Program-made: the position numbers and the translations under genes
DNA from: Candidatus Baldrarchaeum yapensis
GTDB taxonomy: Archaea > Asgardarchaeota > Baldrarchaeia > Baldrarchaeales > Baldrarchaeaceae
Length of the DNA: 24,002 nucleotides
Assembly (NCBI GenBank): GCA_016840465.1
Contig: JAEOSH010000031.1
Coordinates: 1-24,002 of the forward strand
Reading direction: 5' to 3'
Part shown: positions 10,112 to 19,210 of the stretch, one piece after another
Layout: each line of letters opens with the position of its first letter
Position numbering within the stretch: position 1 is the first letter of the stretch
The notes under the pieces: model-generated
Database searches by the model: none
The model's input: the letters and a program-made list of their open reading frames with translations, nothing else
Told to the model about the DNA's origin: nothing

Positions 10112-10292
10112 GTTCTGACTCTCCGCCACTTTTGTTGCATTCGATGCGTGTGTAGCGGAGAGCCTTCCCGTCTCGGGGTTCATCGACGGGCCTTCGCGGG
10201 GAACGGTACTCCGCACATCCATCTGGCCCCTCGCTCCGCCCTTTCGGGCTTCCCCTCCCTCTTACCACCCATCCCACATCCCGGGCGGAGCC
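10112..10292 (-). ncRNA. Stand-alone TnpB omega-RNA-like element or non-autonomous IS remnant
   Basis: GC-rich and non-coding. Perfect 9-bp inverted repeat 10233-10241/10283-10291 and a terminal stem 10119-10126/10155-10162. Shares motifs and layout with the tnpB 3' end at 23652-23776. Confidence 0.55.
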
Positions 10293-10314
10293 ATTTGACA
10301 TAACAAAACCTTCC

Positions 10315-10328
10315 TTTATAAGGGTTTT
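10315..10328 (-). promoter_or_regulatory. BRE/TATA promoter for the omega-RNA-like element
   Basis: Minus strand CAAAACCCTTATAAA, with the TATA about 25 nt upstream of G10292 where the structured region begins. Confidence 0.55.
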
Positions 10329-10431
10329 GAGGTTGCAAAGGTGCATGAAAGCAACGAATGCAACACTATACGTTTCTGCCCCCCACTATAGGAATCTTGC
10401 TTAACCTTACAACCTCAGTGAAATTATTTAT

Positions 10432-10461
10432 ATGATAATAATTATCATGATAATAATTATG
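10432..10461. repeat. 15-bp tandem duplication containing a 14-bp perfect palindrome
   Basis: ATGATAATAATTATC/ATGATAATAATTATG; palindrome ATTATCATGATAAT at 10441-10454, between TTTATAT and the ATG at 10459. Confidence 0.85.
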
Positions 10462-11853
10462 AACGAGGAACTGAAGTTCTACGACCGGGAGGAAGAACTG
10501 GAAATACTGCGGGACTTCTGGAGGGAGGACAAAGCGGGTATCTGCGTTGTCTATGGAAGGAGGGGTATCGGGAAGACCAGGCTGCTCGTGGAGTTCTCGA
10601 AAACTGTCGACCGGCACATATACATTTCGATCCCGGAGGGAGAGTGGAGCATAATCGCCGAGTCCATTGCAAACCAACTATCTCTGCCCTCCTACTTCAG
10701 GTTCCCAACGTTCGAGGACTTCCTAAACTACATACTAAAACTCGCCGAGCAGAAGATCCTCATAATACTGGATGAATTTCCACGAATAGTGGATGCGGTG
10801 CCCGCCGCCTCCTCGATACTCCAGGGCGTCTGGGATCTCAAACTCTCACGCACAAAGGTAAAACTCGTACTGTGCGGATCATCCGTCGGAATGATGTTCA
10901 AAGAAACGCTGTCGTACTCGGCACCCCTTTACGGGAGGGTCTCCCGCATAATCCACCTCGAACCCCTCAGCTACATGAAGTTCCGCCAAATCCTAGCAGG
11001 AGTACCGGAAAAGAGAAAAATAGAACTCTTCGCGATCTTCGGCGGAACTCCCTCACACTTCATCTTCATAGACCCTAAGGCCTCGCTCGAGGAAAACGTG
11101 AGGAAGATACTTGACCCCACGTCGTACCTCTTCCACGAACCCTACCTTATACTGTCCCAGGAAACCCGCACGCCGGAACGCTACCTCTCTATCCTACTGT
11201 CAATAGCAAAGGGTAAGACCACCCTCGTCGAAATAGCAAACTACATAGGCATAAAGGCAACAAGCCTCCCCCAGTACCTGAGAGTTCTCGAAGAAATGGA
11301 CCTCATAAGGCGCGAGGTTCCCGCAACCGATGAACCGTGGCGCAGCAAACTCGGCAGATACAAAATATCGGACCCCTTCTACAGGTTCTGGACAACCTAC
11401 GTCTTCCCCCACAGACACATCATCGAAACCGGAAGCACAGTCGAACTCGTGAGAAGAATCATGGACGATCTCCCCCAGTTCGTCTCCCCCGTGTTCGAAG
11501 ACGCAATGCGCGACATCATCGTCCGCTCCGACATCTTCGGAACCTTCCTAAGATTCGGTGCGTGGTGGGACAGAAAAGGAAACGAAATAGACTTCGTCGG
11601 AATCAAAAGAAACGAGGTGTGGATCGGCGAATTCAAATGGGGAGACGTGAGCAAAAACGACATCACGAAACTCCTACAAAAAGCAAACCTCCTGAACATC
11701 AAAGGAGAGCAAAAACTCTTCATGATCTCCGGAAAAACCCCATCACCATCCGTGCAATCTCTCGCCGACGAACTAAACGTGAAAATACTAACCCTGGAAG
11801 AAATATCCCGATATCTCGATGAAAAACAAAAAGGGGAAACTACTCCCGCATGA
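10459..11853 (+). CDS. Archaeal ATPase (COG1672-type: P-loop ATPase + winged HTH + DUF234/PD-(D/E)xK-like C-terminus)
   Basis: FYDREEEL, Walker A YGRRGIGKT, Walker B ILDEF, DPFYRFW and EIDFVG...IGEFKW. Confidence 0.9.
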   Translation: MNEELKFYDREEELEILRDFWREDKAGICVVYGRRGIGKTRLLVEFSKTVDRHIYISIPEGEWSIIAESIANQLSLPSYFRFPTFEDFLNYILKLAEQKILIILDEFPRIVDAVPAASSILQGVWDLKLSRTKVKLVLCGSSVGMMFKETLSYSAPLYGRVSRIIHLEPLSYMKFRQILAGVPEKRKIELFAIFGGTPSHFIFIDPKASLEENVRKILDPTSYLFHEPYLILSQETRTPERYLSILLSIAKGKTTLVEIANYIGIKATSLPQYLRVLEEMDLIRREVPATDEPWRSKLGRYKISDPFYRFWTTYVFPHRHIIETGSTVELVRRIMDDLPQFVSPVFEDAMRDIIVRSDIFGTFLRFGAWWDRKGNEIDFVGIKRNEVWIGEFKWGDVSKNDITKLLQKANLLNIKGEQKLFMISGKTPSPSVQSLADELNVKILTLEEISRYLDEKQKGETTPA

Positions 11854-12991
11854 CCTCCTTAATCAGGTCCACAGCCTGTATAACGTCATCCTCCGAGTTG
11901 TAAAGGTGCGGGGAAAACCTCAACATCCCCTGCCTTATGCTGAACTCCACCGGCCTATCCGCAGAACGCAACCTCCTAACAACGGCGTCCATCTTCCTCC
12001 CGTCAACCCTCAGAGTAACTATCGATCCGTGCTCCCTCCTATCACTAGGCGTTATTATCTCCACACCGTTAACGTTCTGCAACTCCTCAAAGAACACGTC
12101 CACAAGCTTCATATCATGCTCATAGATCCTCTCGATCCCTATCCTCCTCAGATACCTTATGGACTCCGCAAGCCCCACCTTCACATCATACGCGCTCGTG
12201 CTGTACTCGAACTTCCGCGCAGACCCCGCATACTCTATCCTCCTAGCATCAAAATCAAACGGCCTCTCAGTAGAACGCCACCCCACAATCGCGGGCTCTA
12301 AACGCTCATACAGCTCCCTCGATATGAACGCAACCGTTGCACCGAAAGGAGCAATGAGCCACTTGTAACTCCCGGTGATATAAACGTCCACACCCAGCCT
12401 CCTAACATCCACCGGAACATAACCCGCCGCCTGAATCCCATCAACCACCACTATCGCCCCCACATCATGCGCCTGCGAGGAGATCTCCCGAAGATTGTGT
12501 AACTGACCGGTAAGATACTCCACGTGGCTTATCGCAACAACCTTTGTATTCTCATCTATACTCGAAAGCAGATCATCCAGCGAAACGTACCAGTTCCTAC
12601 CCCTCACAAGCCTCACTTCGAACCTCCTCTCCTTCGACAACCGCATCCACGGATAGGTAACACTGGGAAACTCCACCTCCGTGGAAACAACATTCCCCCC
12701 GCTAAAATCAAGACTCCATGCAATCGCGTTCATAGCCTCGGTCACACTGTTGAATATCGCAACCTCGTCAACATCGCACCCGAGCAACTTTGCCCCTTCC
12801 TTCCTCAACCCCTCATAGATCATCGTCTCCTTCTCCTCATCCAGCGCACACGTTCCACCCGAGCACAACTCGAGCGAGAGTCCCCGCACTTTCTCAATCA
12901 CAGGCCTCGGAACTATGCCTATACTCGCAGTATTCAAGTAGTTCACCCTAGAAAGCAGCGGAAAATCTCCCTTCAGACTTTCAGACAACAT
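11840..12991 (-). CDS. Class V PLP-dependent aminotransferase/lyase family protein
   Basis: YLNTAS, EFPS, VVDGIQAAG, GSYKW (PLP lysine), RFSPHLYN. ATG 12991 lies behind a GGTGG SD. Confidence 0.9.
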   Translation of the reverse strand: MLSESLKGDFPLLSRVNYLNTASIGIVPRPVIEKVRGLSLELCSGGTCALDEEKETMIYEGLRKEGAKLLGCDVDEVAIFNSVTEAMNAIAWSLDFSGGNVVSTEVEFPSVTYPWMRLSKERRFEVRLVRGRNWYVSLDDLLSSIDENTKVVAISHVEYLTGQLHNLREISSQAHDVGAIVVVDGIQAAGYVPVDVRRLGVDVYITGSYKWLIAPFGATVAFISRELYERLEPAIVGWRSTERPFDFDARRIEYAGSARKFEYSTSAYDVKVGLAESIRYLRRIGIERIYEHDMKLVDVFFEELQNVNGVEIITPSDRREHGSIVTLRVDGRKMDAVVRRLRSADRPVEFSIRQGMLRFSPHLYNSEDDVIQAVDLIKEVMRE

Positions 12992-13205
12992 GAATACCAC
13001 CACGTATTGGTAAGTCCTATACAAGCCGGAGTCACATAAATTTTTGTAGATGCTCTTGCTCCATCTCCAACGCTTCGATTGCTTGCAAAGGCAATCTAAG
13101 GATAACATTCGCTGGCAAAAAAAAATCTCATCATCTGAGACCCTTAAAAAGCACTCTTAAAAGTACCCAATATCAACTTTATAGCCTCAAAACAAGTTAA
13201 TATCC

Positions 13206-13709
13206 GTGGTGAACGATTTGGAGGCCATCACGATTCTCCTGCCCGCTGAGGCCTTTAAGAAACTCAAAAGATTAGCAGAGGCCGAAGATAAGTCCTTAGA
13301 GGAACTAGTCGGCGAAGCCATATTCAGGCAACTTGGAATAACGGATCCTCAGGCCAAAGCCGAACTTCACCTAAAATTGTGCGAAAAATACCTGAAAGAA
13401 GCGGAAGAATTTCTGGCAAAGGGGGACTATGTCCAGGCGTCTGAAAAGGCATGGGGTGCTTCCTCTCAAATGCTTAAGGCGCTAGCTGCGAAGGAAGGTA
13501 AGGAACTGAGAAGCCATGCAGATCTCTGGAAATACATGGACATACTAGCTGAAAAACTCGGAGATGACGAACTAAGACATTTGTGGAGGACTGCCAACGC
13601 GCTTCATCAGAACTTTTACGAAAATTGGATGCCTCCTCGGGAGGTTAAGCTCTCGATAAAGGATGTGAAGACTTTCATAAAAAGGTTAAAGGAGCTTTTT
13701 AAAACTTAA
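13206..13709 (+). CDS. PaREP1 (HEPN-like) protein with N-terminal ribbon-helix-helix domain
   Basis: AEEFLAKGDYVQASEKAWGA, LRSH and LHQNFYE motifs; CopG-like N-terminus. Confidence 0.85.
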   Translation: MVNDLEAITILLPAEAFKKLKRLAEAEDKSLEELVGEAIFRQLGITDPQAKAELHLKLCEKYLKEAEEFLAKGDYVQASEKAWGASSQMLKALAAKEGKELRSHADLWKYMDILAEKLGDDELRHLWRTANALHQNFYENWMPPREVKLSIKDVKTFIKRLKELFKT

Positions 13710-13736
13710 GGGGAGAAGACTTTCACATCGATTCCC

Positions 13737-14588
13737 ATGACGGTGATCCCTGTGGGTCAGTCATGGCATGCACTGGAAGCGCTCGCAAGGCAATTGAAAG
13801 AGAAGGTGGAGGAAGTCTTCTGCCCGCATTGTATGAAATACGTAAAGCCCGATATCAGGCTGATACCAACATTTCTCGACTCCATTCTTATCGAAAAGCT
13901 TTGTCCCCACTGCAGAACTGTACTCAGCACGGAGTATACGCAGGTCAGGCTCCCAGATAGAAAACCGCACCTGATAAAGGGCGGAACGTACATTGCGTTC
14001 GAGGGGATCGACGGCTCGGGAAAAACATACTACTCGAAGTGGCTCGTTGAGGAGCTGAAGAGGCGGGATTATGACGTGATCTACGTTAAGGAGCCGTGGG
14101 TGGACGCGATAAAGGAGTTTCTCTACAAGCATCGGATAGACCCAGATGCAGAGGTTTACATATTTGCCGCCGACAGGATAATACTGCAGACGGAGGAAAT
14201 TCTGCCCGCATTGGAGCAAAACAAGATCGTTGTCAGCGATAGGAGCATATTTTCGAGCATCGCGTACCAGTCCGCTCGTGGTGTGAGTGAGGCCTTCATA
14301 TGGGGCGTCAACCGCTCGATAAAGGTTCCCGAGTTCGTAATAATACTGGATGTTCCGGTGGATGTTGCCCTGAAGCGGATAGAGGGCATTGGCAGGGCGA
14401 TGACGAGATTCGAAGACCCAGAGTTCCTAGAGAGGGTCAGGAGGAAGTTTCTGGAGATTGCCGAGAGGTACGCGAACATATCTCGCTTCGTCGTGGTCGA
14501 CAATTCACGCCCCGAGGAAGTTGTAAAGAAGGAGATTCTGGACCACGTTCTGAGGTACTTGGAAGAGAAGGAGAAAATGGCAAAATGA
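13737..14588 (+). CDS. tmk: Thymidylate kinase with N-terminal Zn-ribbon-like extension
   Basis: YIAFEGIDGSGKT P-loop, FAADR, SDRSIFSSIAYQ; about 80 extra N-terminal residues containing two CPHC motifs. Confidence 0.9.
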   Translation: MTVIPVGQSWHALEALARQLKEKVEEVFCPHCMKYVKPDIRLIPTFLDSILIEKLCPHCRTVLSTEYTQVRLPDRKPHLIKGGTYIAFEGIDGSGKTYYSKWLVEELKRRDYDVIYVKEPWVDAIKEFLYKHRIDPDAEVYIFAADRIILQTEEILPALEQNKIVVSDRSIFSSIAYQSARGVSEAFIWGVNRSIKVPEFVIILDVPVDVALKRIEGIGRAMTRFEDPEFLERVRRKFLEIAERYANISRFVVVDNSRPEEVVKKEILDHVLRYLEEKEKMAK

Positions 14589-14594
14589 GGAAAA

Positions 14595-15422
14595 TCACAG
14601 ACCTCTTCCTTTCTTTCTAATACGCTGAAGTATTTCCTCTATATCCGCTGGTAGGGGAATGTTCAGTGCCGTGAAGACAGCCTCCATCGCCATAAATCCC
14701 CCAATGTGAAGAAACGGTTCATCGGTCTCGGGGTCCTTGTCCATGCTTGCTGTGCACGGATACGAATGATGCGCCTTTGAAATGGCGGCCCTGAGTTTTT
14801 CGGGATCCACCTCGACTCCCTTGAGTTGCTGAGCAATATACCAAGTAGAACCGCAGGGTGCGCTCCTCAGAACGGTTGCACTGGCTATCGAAACCCTTCC
14901 GGTGGGGTCCTTTTTTGTGCTGATCATAAGCAGGGGTTTCCCTATCCTGAACTCGTGGCAGAATCTCGCTATTGTAGGGGGAGAGTTGAGAGGGTCGAGG
15001 GTGCAAAAAGGTTTAGGGAATGCACACTCCACACCCAACTCCTCGCACTCGCTCATAACCTGACGAGCAAGCCCCGGCGGGATACTAGGCCTTTCTATGG
15101 GGACTATTAAGGCTTTCACTCCGGCATCTGCAAGTTTCTTTGGTAAGGCGAGGAGCAGGTCGGGATGTATGTCTATTGCGAGCATGATATCGACCTGGGG
15201 AATCTCATCCGGGAGATATTTCTCGCTATCATCTACGAATGGCGGGAGAGACTTCGGATCCGGTGCTTCGAACACCGTAACTATTCTATCCGCAAAACTG
15301 GGTAGCACCGACCGACAAGACTCACAACCGTCGCCGCATGACGTGCAAAAGCGGTCATAGTTTATCAGGTTTCCCAGTACCTTCTCGCCGAAATCTCCAT
15401 GGAACAGCATACTTATGTACAT
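14595..15422 (-). CDS. DUF166 family protein
   Basis: IHPDL, FPKPFC, RSAPCGSTW and YPCTAS motifs. Confidence 0.8.
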   Translation of the reverse strand: MYISMLFHGDFGEKVLGNLINYDRFCTSCGDGCESCRSVLPSFADRIVTVFEAPDPKSLPPFVDDSEKYLPDEIPQVDIMLAIDIHPDLLLALPKKLADAGVKALIVPIERPSIPPGLARQVMSECEELGVECAFPKPFCTLDPLNSPPTIARFCHEFRIGKPLLMISTKKDPTGRVSIASATVLRSAPCGSTWYIAQQLKGVEVDPEKLRAAISKAHHSYPCTASMDKDPETDEPFLHIGGFMAMEAVFTALNIPLPADIEEILQRIRKKGRGL

Positions 15423-15553
15423 TTAAATCCCCTGAGCGCCCAAACCTTCTGATGGGGGGTGTGAAAACTCACCACCTCCCCCTTATGTTAATTTCCTTCT
15501 TACAACAACCCCAAAGGTTAACACCCGGCGGTTTCCTACACCAAGAAGCATAG

Positions 15554-15561
15554 TATATAAG
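15554..15561 (+). promoter_or_regulatory. TATA box of the Lrp gene
   Basis: TATATAAG preceded by purine-rich AAGAAG, 28-37 nt upstream of the GTG 15589/ATG 15598 starts. Confidence 0.5.
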
Positions 15562-15588
15562 CACCTCCTACCATCTGTATGTCGGAAG

Positions 15589-16143
15589 GTGGAACGAATG
15601 TCACGTCAGATCGACGGAATCGACAGGAAAATAATTATGGAGCTCCAGAGAGACGGTAGAATGAGCCTCGTCGACCTCGCAAAGAAGGTTGGTCTCACCC
15701 ATCCGACAGTAAGAGAGAGGTTGCTCAAGCTTCTCAGGGACAACTACATGAAAATACAGGCAAATATAAACTACCGAATGCTGGGGCTCCTCATGGCGCT
15801 GGTATGTGTGGAACTCGAAAACGCCAATGACGCTATCGAGATGATGAACTGCCTCGAAAAGTGCCCTAGAGTTCCAATAGTCGCGGTTGGGTCTGGGGCG
15901 TACAACGTCTTCGCAATTGTGGTTGCGGAGGATGCAAACACCCTCAATGCCGTTGTTGAAATGTGTATAAGGTCAAAGCGCGGCGTGAAGAGGATGAGCC
16001 TCAGCTACGTATGCATGTTCAAGCCCGAGTATCTCCCCTTCAAGGTAGTGGATGAGAAGAGGGAGTGCAAGAGCATGTGCGAAAACTGTGAATTTCTGAA
16101 GAACGAAATCTGCAGAGGATGCAACTCCCCATTGATGAAGTGA
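15589..16143 (+). CDS. Lrp/AsnC family regulator with Cys-rich C-terminal tail
   Basis: IDGIDRKIIMELQRDGRMSLVDLAKKVGLTHPTVRERL HTH; tail CKSMCENCEFLKNEICRGC. Confidence 0.9.
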   Translation: MERMSRQIDGIDRKIIMELQRDGRMSLVDLAKKVGLTHPTVRERLLKLLRDNYMKIQANINYRMLGLLMALVCVELENANDAIEMMNCLEKCPRVPIVAVGSGAYNVFAIVVAEDANTLNAVVEMCIRSKRGVKRMSLSYVCMFKPEYLPFKVVDEKRECKSMCENCEFLKNEICRGCNSPLMK

Positions 16144-16165
16144 ACTCCCTACGACGGGAAATCCG

Positions 16166-17023
16166 ATGAGCAAACGCAGGCCGGAAGAAGTCATCGAACT
16201 TATTTCGAGAAAAATGAAAGAAAAGGGCAAATTGGCAGTCGCATTCTCGGGCGGTGTTGACTCGTCGGTGCTGGCGGCCCTTGCCCACCGTTCCCTTGGT
16301 GATAACGCCATTGCGGTTACTATAAAATCCCCGCTTCTTCCATCCGGAGAGTTAGAAGACGCGATTAGGGTTGCGCGCGAAATAGGAATCCGTCACAGGA
16401 TTGTGGAATTGAACGAGCTTAACTTGCCGGATTTTTCGAAGAATCCGCCCAATAGGTGCTACATTTGTAAAAAACATCGTTATGGTCTGATAAAGCGCAT
16501 AGCATCAGAAATGGGAATCTCGGTCATCGCGGATGGAACTAACGTGAGCGACCTTGCTGGTTACAGACCCGGGCTCAAGGCGATCATCGAGGAAAACATT
16601 TGGGCGCCCTTCCTCGAATTTGAGGTGAGTAAGGATCAAATAAGGGAAATGGCGAGAATTCTCGGGTTATCAGTTGCGGAAAAACCCTCAACTACATGTC
16701 TAGCAACCCGTTTTCCCTACGGCGAGGTCATAACCCTCGAAAAGTTGAGGATAGTCGACAAGGCGGAGAGAATCATAAAAAGAAGACTGAACGTTGGGGT
16801 CGTGAGGGTTCGCTACCACGGAGCGATCGCAAGAATAGAAGTGGAGAAGTCCGCGCGTAGGAAGTTCTTTGATGAAAGGATAATGGACGAAATCGCCGAG
16901 CAGTTGAGAAAGCTCGGATTTCGGTATGTCTGCCTAGATCTCATGGGGTATCGGTCTGGAAGTCTCGATGAGGTCCTTCCTCGAAAGAACTCTAACGCTG
17001 CCCGCGAGGTACCTACCTCATAA
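16166..17023 (+). CDS. larE: ATP-dependent sulfur transferase, LarE (TIGR00268) family
   Basis: PP-loop SGGVDS, NPPNRCYICK, RPGLKA, CLATRFPYG and RVRYHG motifs. Confidence 0.9.
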   Translation: MSKRRPEEVIELISRKMKEKGKLAVAFSGGVDSSVLAALAHRSLGDNAIAVTIKSPLLPSGELEDAIRVAREIGIRHRIVELNELNLPDFSKNPPNRCYICKKHRYGLIKRIASEMGISVIADGTNVSDLAGYRPGLKAIIEENIWAPFLEFEVSKDQIREMARILGLSVAEKPSTTCLATRFPYGEVITLEKLRIVDKAERIIKRRLNVGVVRVRYHGAIARIEVEKSARRKFFDERIMDEIAEQLRKLGFRYVCLDLMGYRSGSLDEVLPRKNSNAAREVPTS

Positions 17024-17175
17024 CTCCGAAACGGCAAAAATTAATGTCAAATTGTGGAAAGTATAACACGGTGGTTATATGCGTAAATTCGGAAAGTTCG
17101 TATCGCCCGCAATAATGGTCAGACGCATAAAACGCAGATTTGGAAAGTTTGTAAGAGCCGATATGGTGAAACGCG

Positions 17176-17592
17176 GTGGGCGTACGCGTAAGGATTGAAA
17201 TAAAACATGGAAATGTGGTCATGGATACCGTCGCTCTAGTAAATAGTGGGTATGAGACTCCCGAACCAGAGGTGCACATCCCACTTGCGCTGGCTAGGAG
17301 GCTTGGACTCATAAGAGAGAGTCTGCGTAGTACACAATACAGGGTCGTCGGATCAGAGGTCACAACGTACGTGCTGGGGGAGGTTGAGGTAAGAATAGTT
17401 ACCGAGGACAGAACATCGCCGTGGATAAAAGCGCGAGCGGTCATGGTTCCCGGAGAGTACGAGGTACTTATAAGTGATGCGCTGATAGAGGCCTTCGAAA
17501 TAGAAGTTCTTAAACCCAAGTCGGGAATATGGAAGTTTAAGGGCGAAACCAAAACCAGAGAAAGCCCCGAACCCGAATACTGGGTGGAGTGA
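17176..17592 (+). CDS. Archaeal retropepsin-like (clan AA fold) hypothetical protein
   Basis: VALVNSGY (DTG-equivalent position is NSG) and EVLISDALIE pattern. Confidence 0.6.
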   Translation: MGVRVRIEIKHGNVVMDTVALVNSGYETPEPEVHIPLALARRLGLIRESLRSTQYRVVGSEVTTYVLGEVEVRIVTEDRTSPWIKARAVMVPGEYEVLISDALIEAFEIEVLKPKSGIWKFKGETKTRESPEPEYWVE

Positions 17593-17698
17593 TCACCCGC
17601 TCCATTTTCGCTCGTGTGTAAGGGCGGCTCATTCTCCCGTTTCAGACCCTCCACCTTTATACCCGCCAATCACCATCATTTACTCGTCGGTGATTCGG

Positions 17699-19210
17699 AT
17701 GGTTCCAGACGAATTGATAGAGAAACTGCGGAAAATAGTTGGACGAGAGAGGCTCAAGACCTCCATTGAGCATAGACTGGCGTATAGCAGGGACTGGGCC
17801 CCGATGCTCGCATCCGATGCTTACATTCCGGATGTTGTCGTCAAGCCGAAGTCCACCGAGGAAGTCGCGGAAATAGTAAAGCTGGCAAATGAGTATAAAG
17901 TTCCTGTGGTCCCGATGGCTGGGCTCACCGGAATGGGCGGAGGAGCGGTTGCGGTAAAGGGCGGGATCGCAATCGACACCACAGGACTAAACAAAATCCT
18001 AGAAGTCGATACCCAGAACCTCACAGTTACTGTGCAGGCCGGGATAACGATCGCAAAACTCAACGATGAACTGGATAAGTACGGCCTCTGGTTTCCTCAC
18101 GACCCCGAAAGCAAAAGGGTTAGCACCATCGGGGCCGCAATAGCCTGTGACAACGACAGGGTATGGCGTTAAGCCATACCCCGTGAGAGCACCTTCGGCA
18201 TGAAGTACGGAAAGATGACCGATCACCTCCTAAGTTTGACCATAGTTACGGGAAGAGGCGAAATAGTGAGGCTGGGACCGAGAAAGGTGCCATTCTCATC
18301 CACCGGGTACAAGCTACATTACCTGATGGTCGGGAGCGAGGGAACCCTGGGAATAATAACAGAGGCGACCCTGAGAGTGTACCCGAAGCTCAAAAGCCGA
18401 GTAGTCCGCGGATATGTTTTCCCGTCGATAAAATCCGCCATCGACGCACTCAAGAGACTGATCCAAGCGGGAGTATGTCCGGAAGCCGCAAATATAAATT
18501 GCAAGCGGAGGCTGGCGTTCTATACGCATGCATATAAGGTCAAGTATGGAAGGGAGCCGGATATTCCAAAGTGGGCGGAGGCGGTGCTATTTATAGTGTT
18601 CGCTGGCGATGAAGAGGTCGTCAGATTCTACGATGAATACTCAGAGAGGATAATGAAGGAGTTCGGAGGGGCTAAGATAAAGGAGGAAGAAATAGTGCAG
18701 TCGTGGTGGATCTCAAAGCACACGCTGGAATTTCCGCCCGAGAGGCAGAAATGGCCGGACTCTCAAAGGAAGAAGAAATTCGGGGCGGCTGATCTCGGAA
18801 TTCCTATCGGGAGAGTAGAAGAGGCATATAAGAGGTTCCTGGAAATCGCCGAGAAACATAAACTCGAGGTTCTGGGAATGAACATTTATAACCAGAAGCC
18901 TAATACCGTGAGCGCATCCATCAGTTTTGCAGTCTTCGTGGACGACCGCAACCCGTATGAGGTCCGAAGATTCTACGAATACGTTAAAGAGATGTCAAAA
19001 ATGGCCGTTGACCTCGAGGGAACGATGAGCACGTACATTGGGGACGGCTTTCGACTGGGAGGATTTAACAAATATGAACACGGTAAAGCCTTCGACCTGA
19101 TGCGCGAGATAAAGAGGGTTTTCGATCCAAACGGCATACTGAATCCCGGAAAGAAGTTTGAATCCCTCTGGATAAAATTCGAGGATGGTGGGGGCGATGG
19201 TCTATCTTGA
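17699..19210 (+). CDS. FAD-binding oxidoreductase (GlcD/D-lactate dehydrogenase family), interrupted by a 30-nt putative intron
   Basis: Track ORFs 17690-18172 and 18200-19210 share one frame. Motifs include PDVVVKPKSTEEVAEIVKLA, VQAG, DPES, STIG, KYG, GSEGTLGIITE and FDPNGILNPGK. Removing 18158-18187 gives 493 aa from ATG 17699. Confidence 0.9.
18158..18187 (+). other. Putative bulge-helix-bulge mRNA intron (30 nt)
   Basis: AGGGTATGGCGTTAAGCCATACCCCGTGAG: 9-bp perfect stem, in-frame TAA, 3-nt bulges ACA/AGA and a central helix with 3 of 4 pairs. Confidence 0.75.

Noticed and set aside
11840-12991. SufS/IscS cysteine desulfurase serving NcsA and LarE
   Set aside because: The C-terminal catalytic Cys motif (RxGxHC or SxGSAC) is absent; the region reads EFSIRQGMLRFSPH.
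13667-13725. 11-bp direct repeat GAAGACTTTCA around the PaREP1 stop
   Set aside because: Only 48 bp apart with nothing mobile between the copies.
18158-18187. Stop-codon readthrough or a real two-gene split instead of an intron
   Set aside because: Readthrough would add ten residues inside a fixed-length FAD-binding motif. A split would cut the domain, and ATG 18200 has no clear SD.
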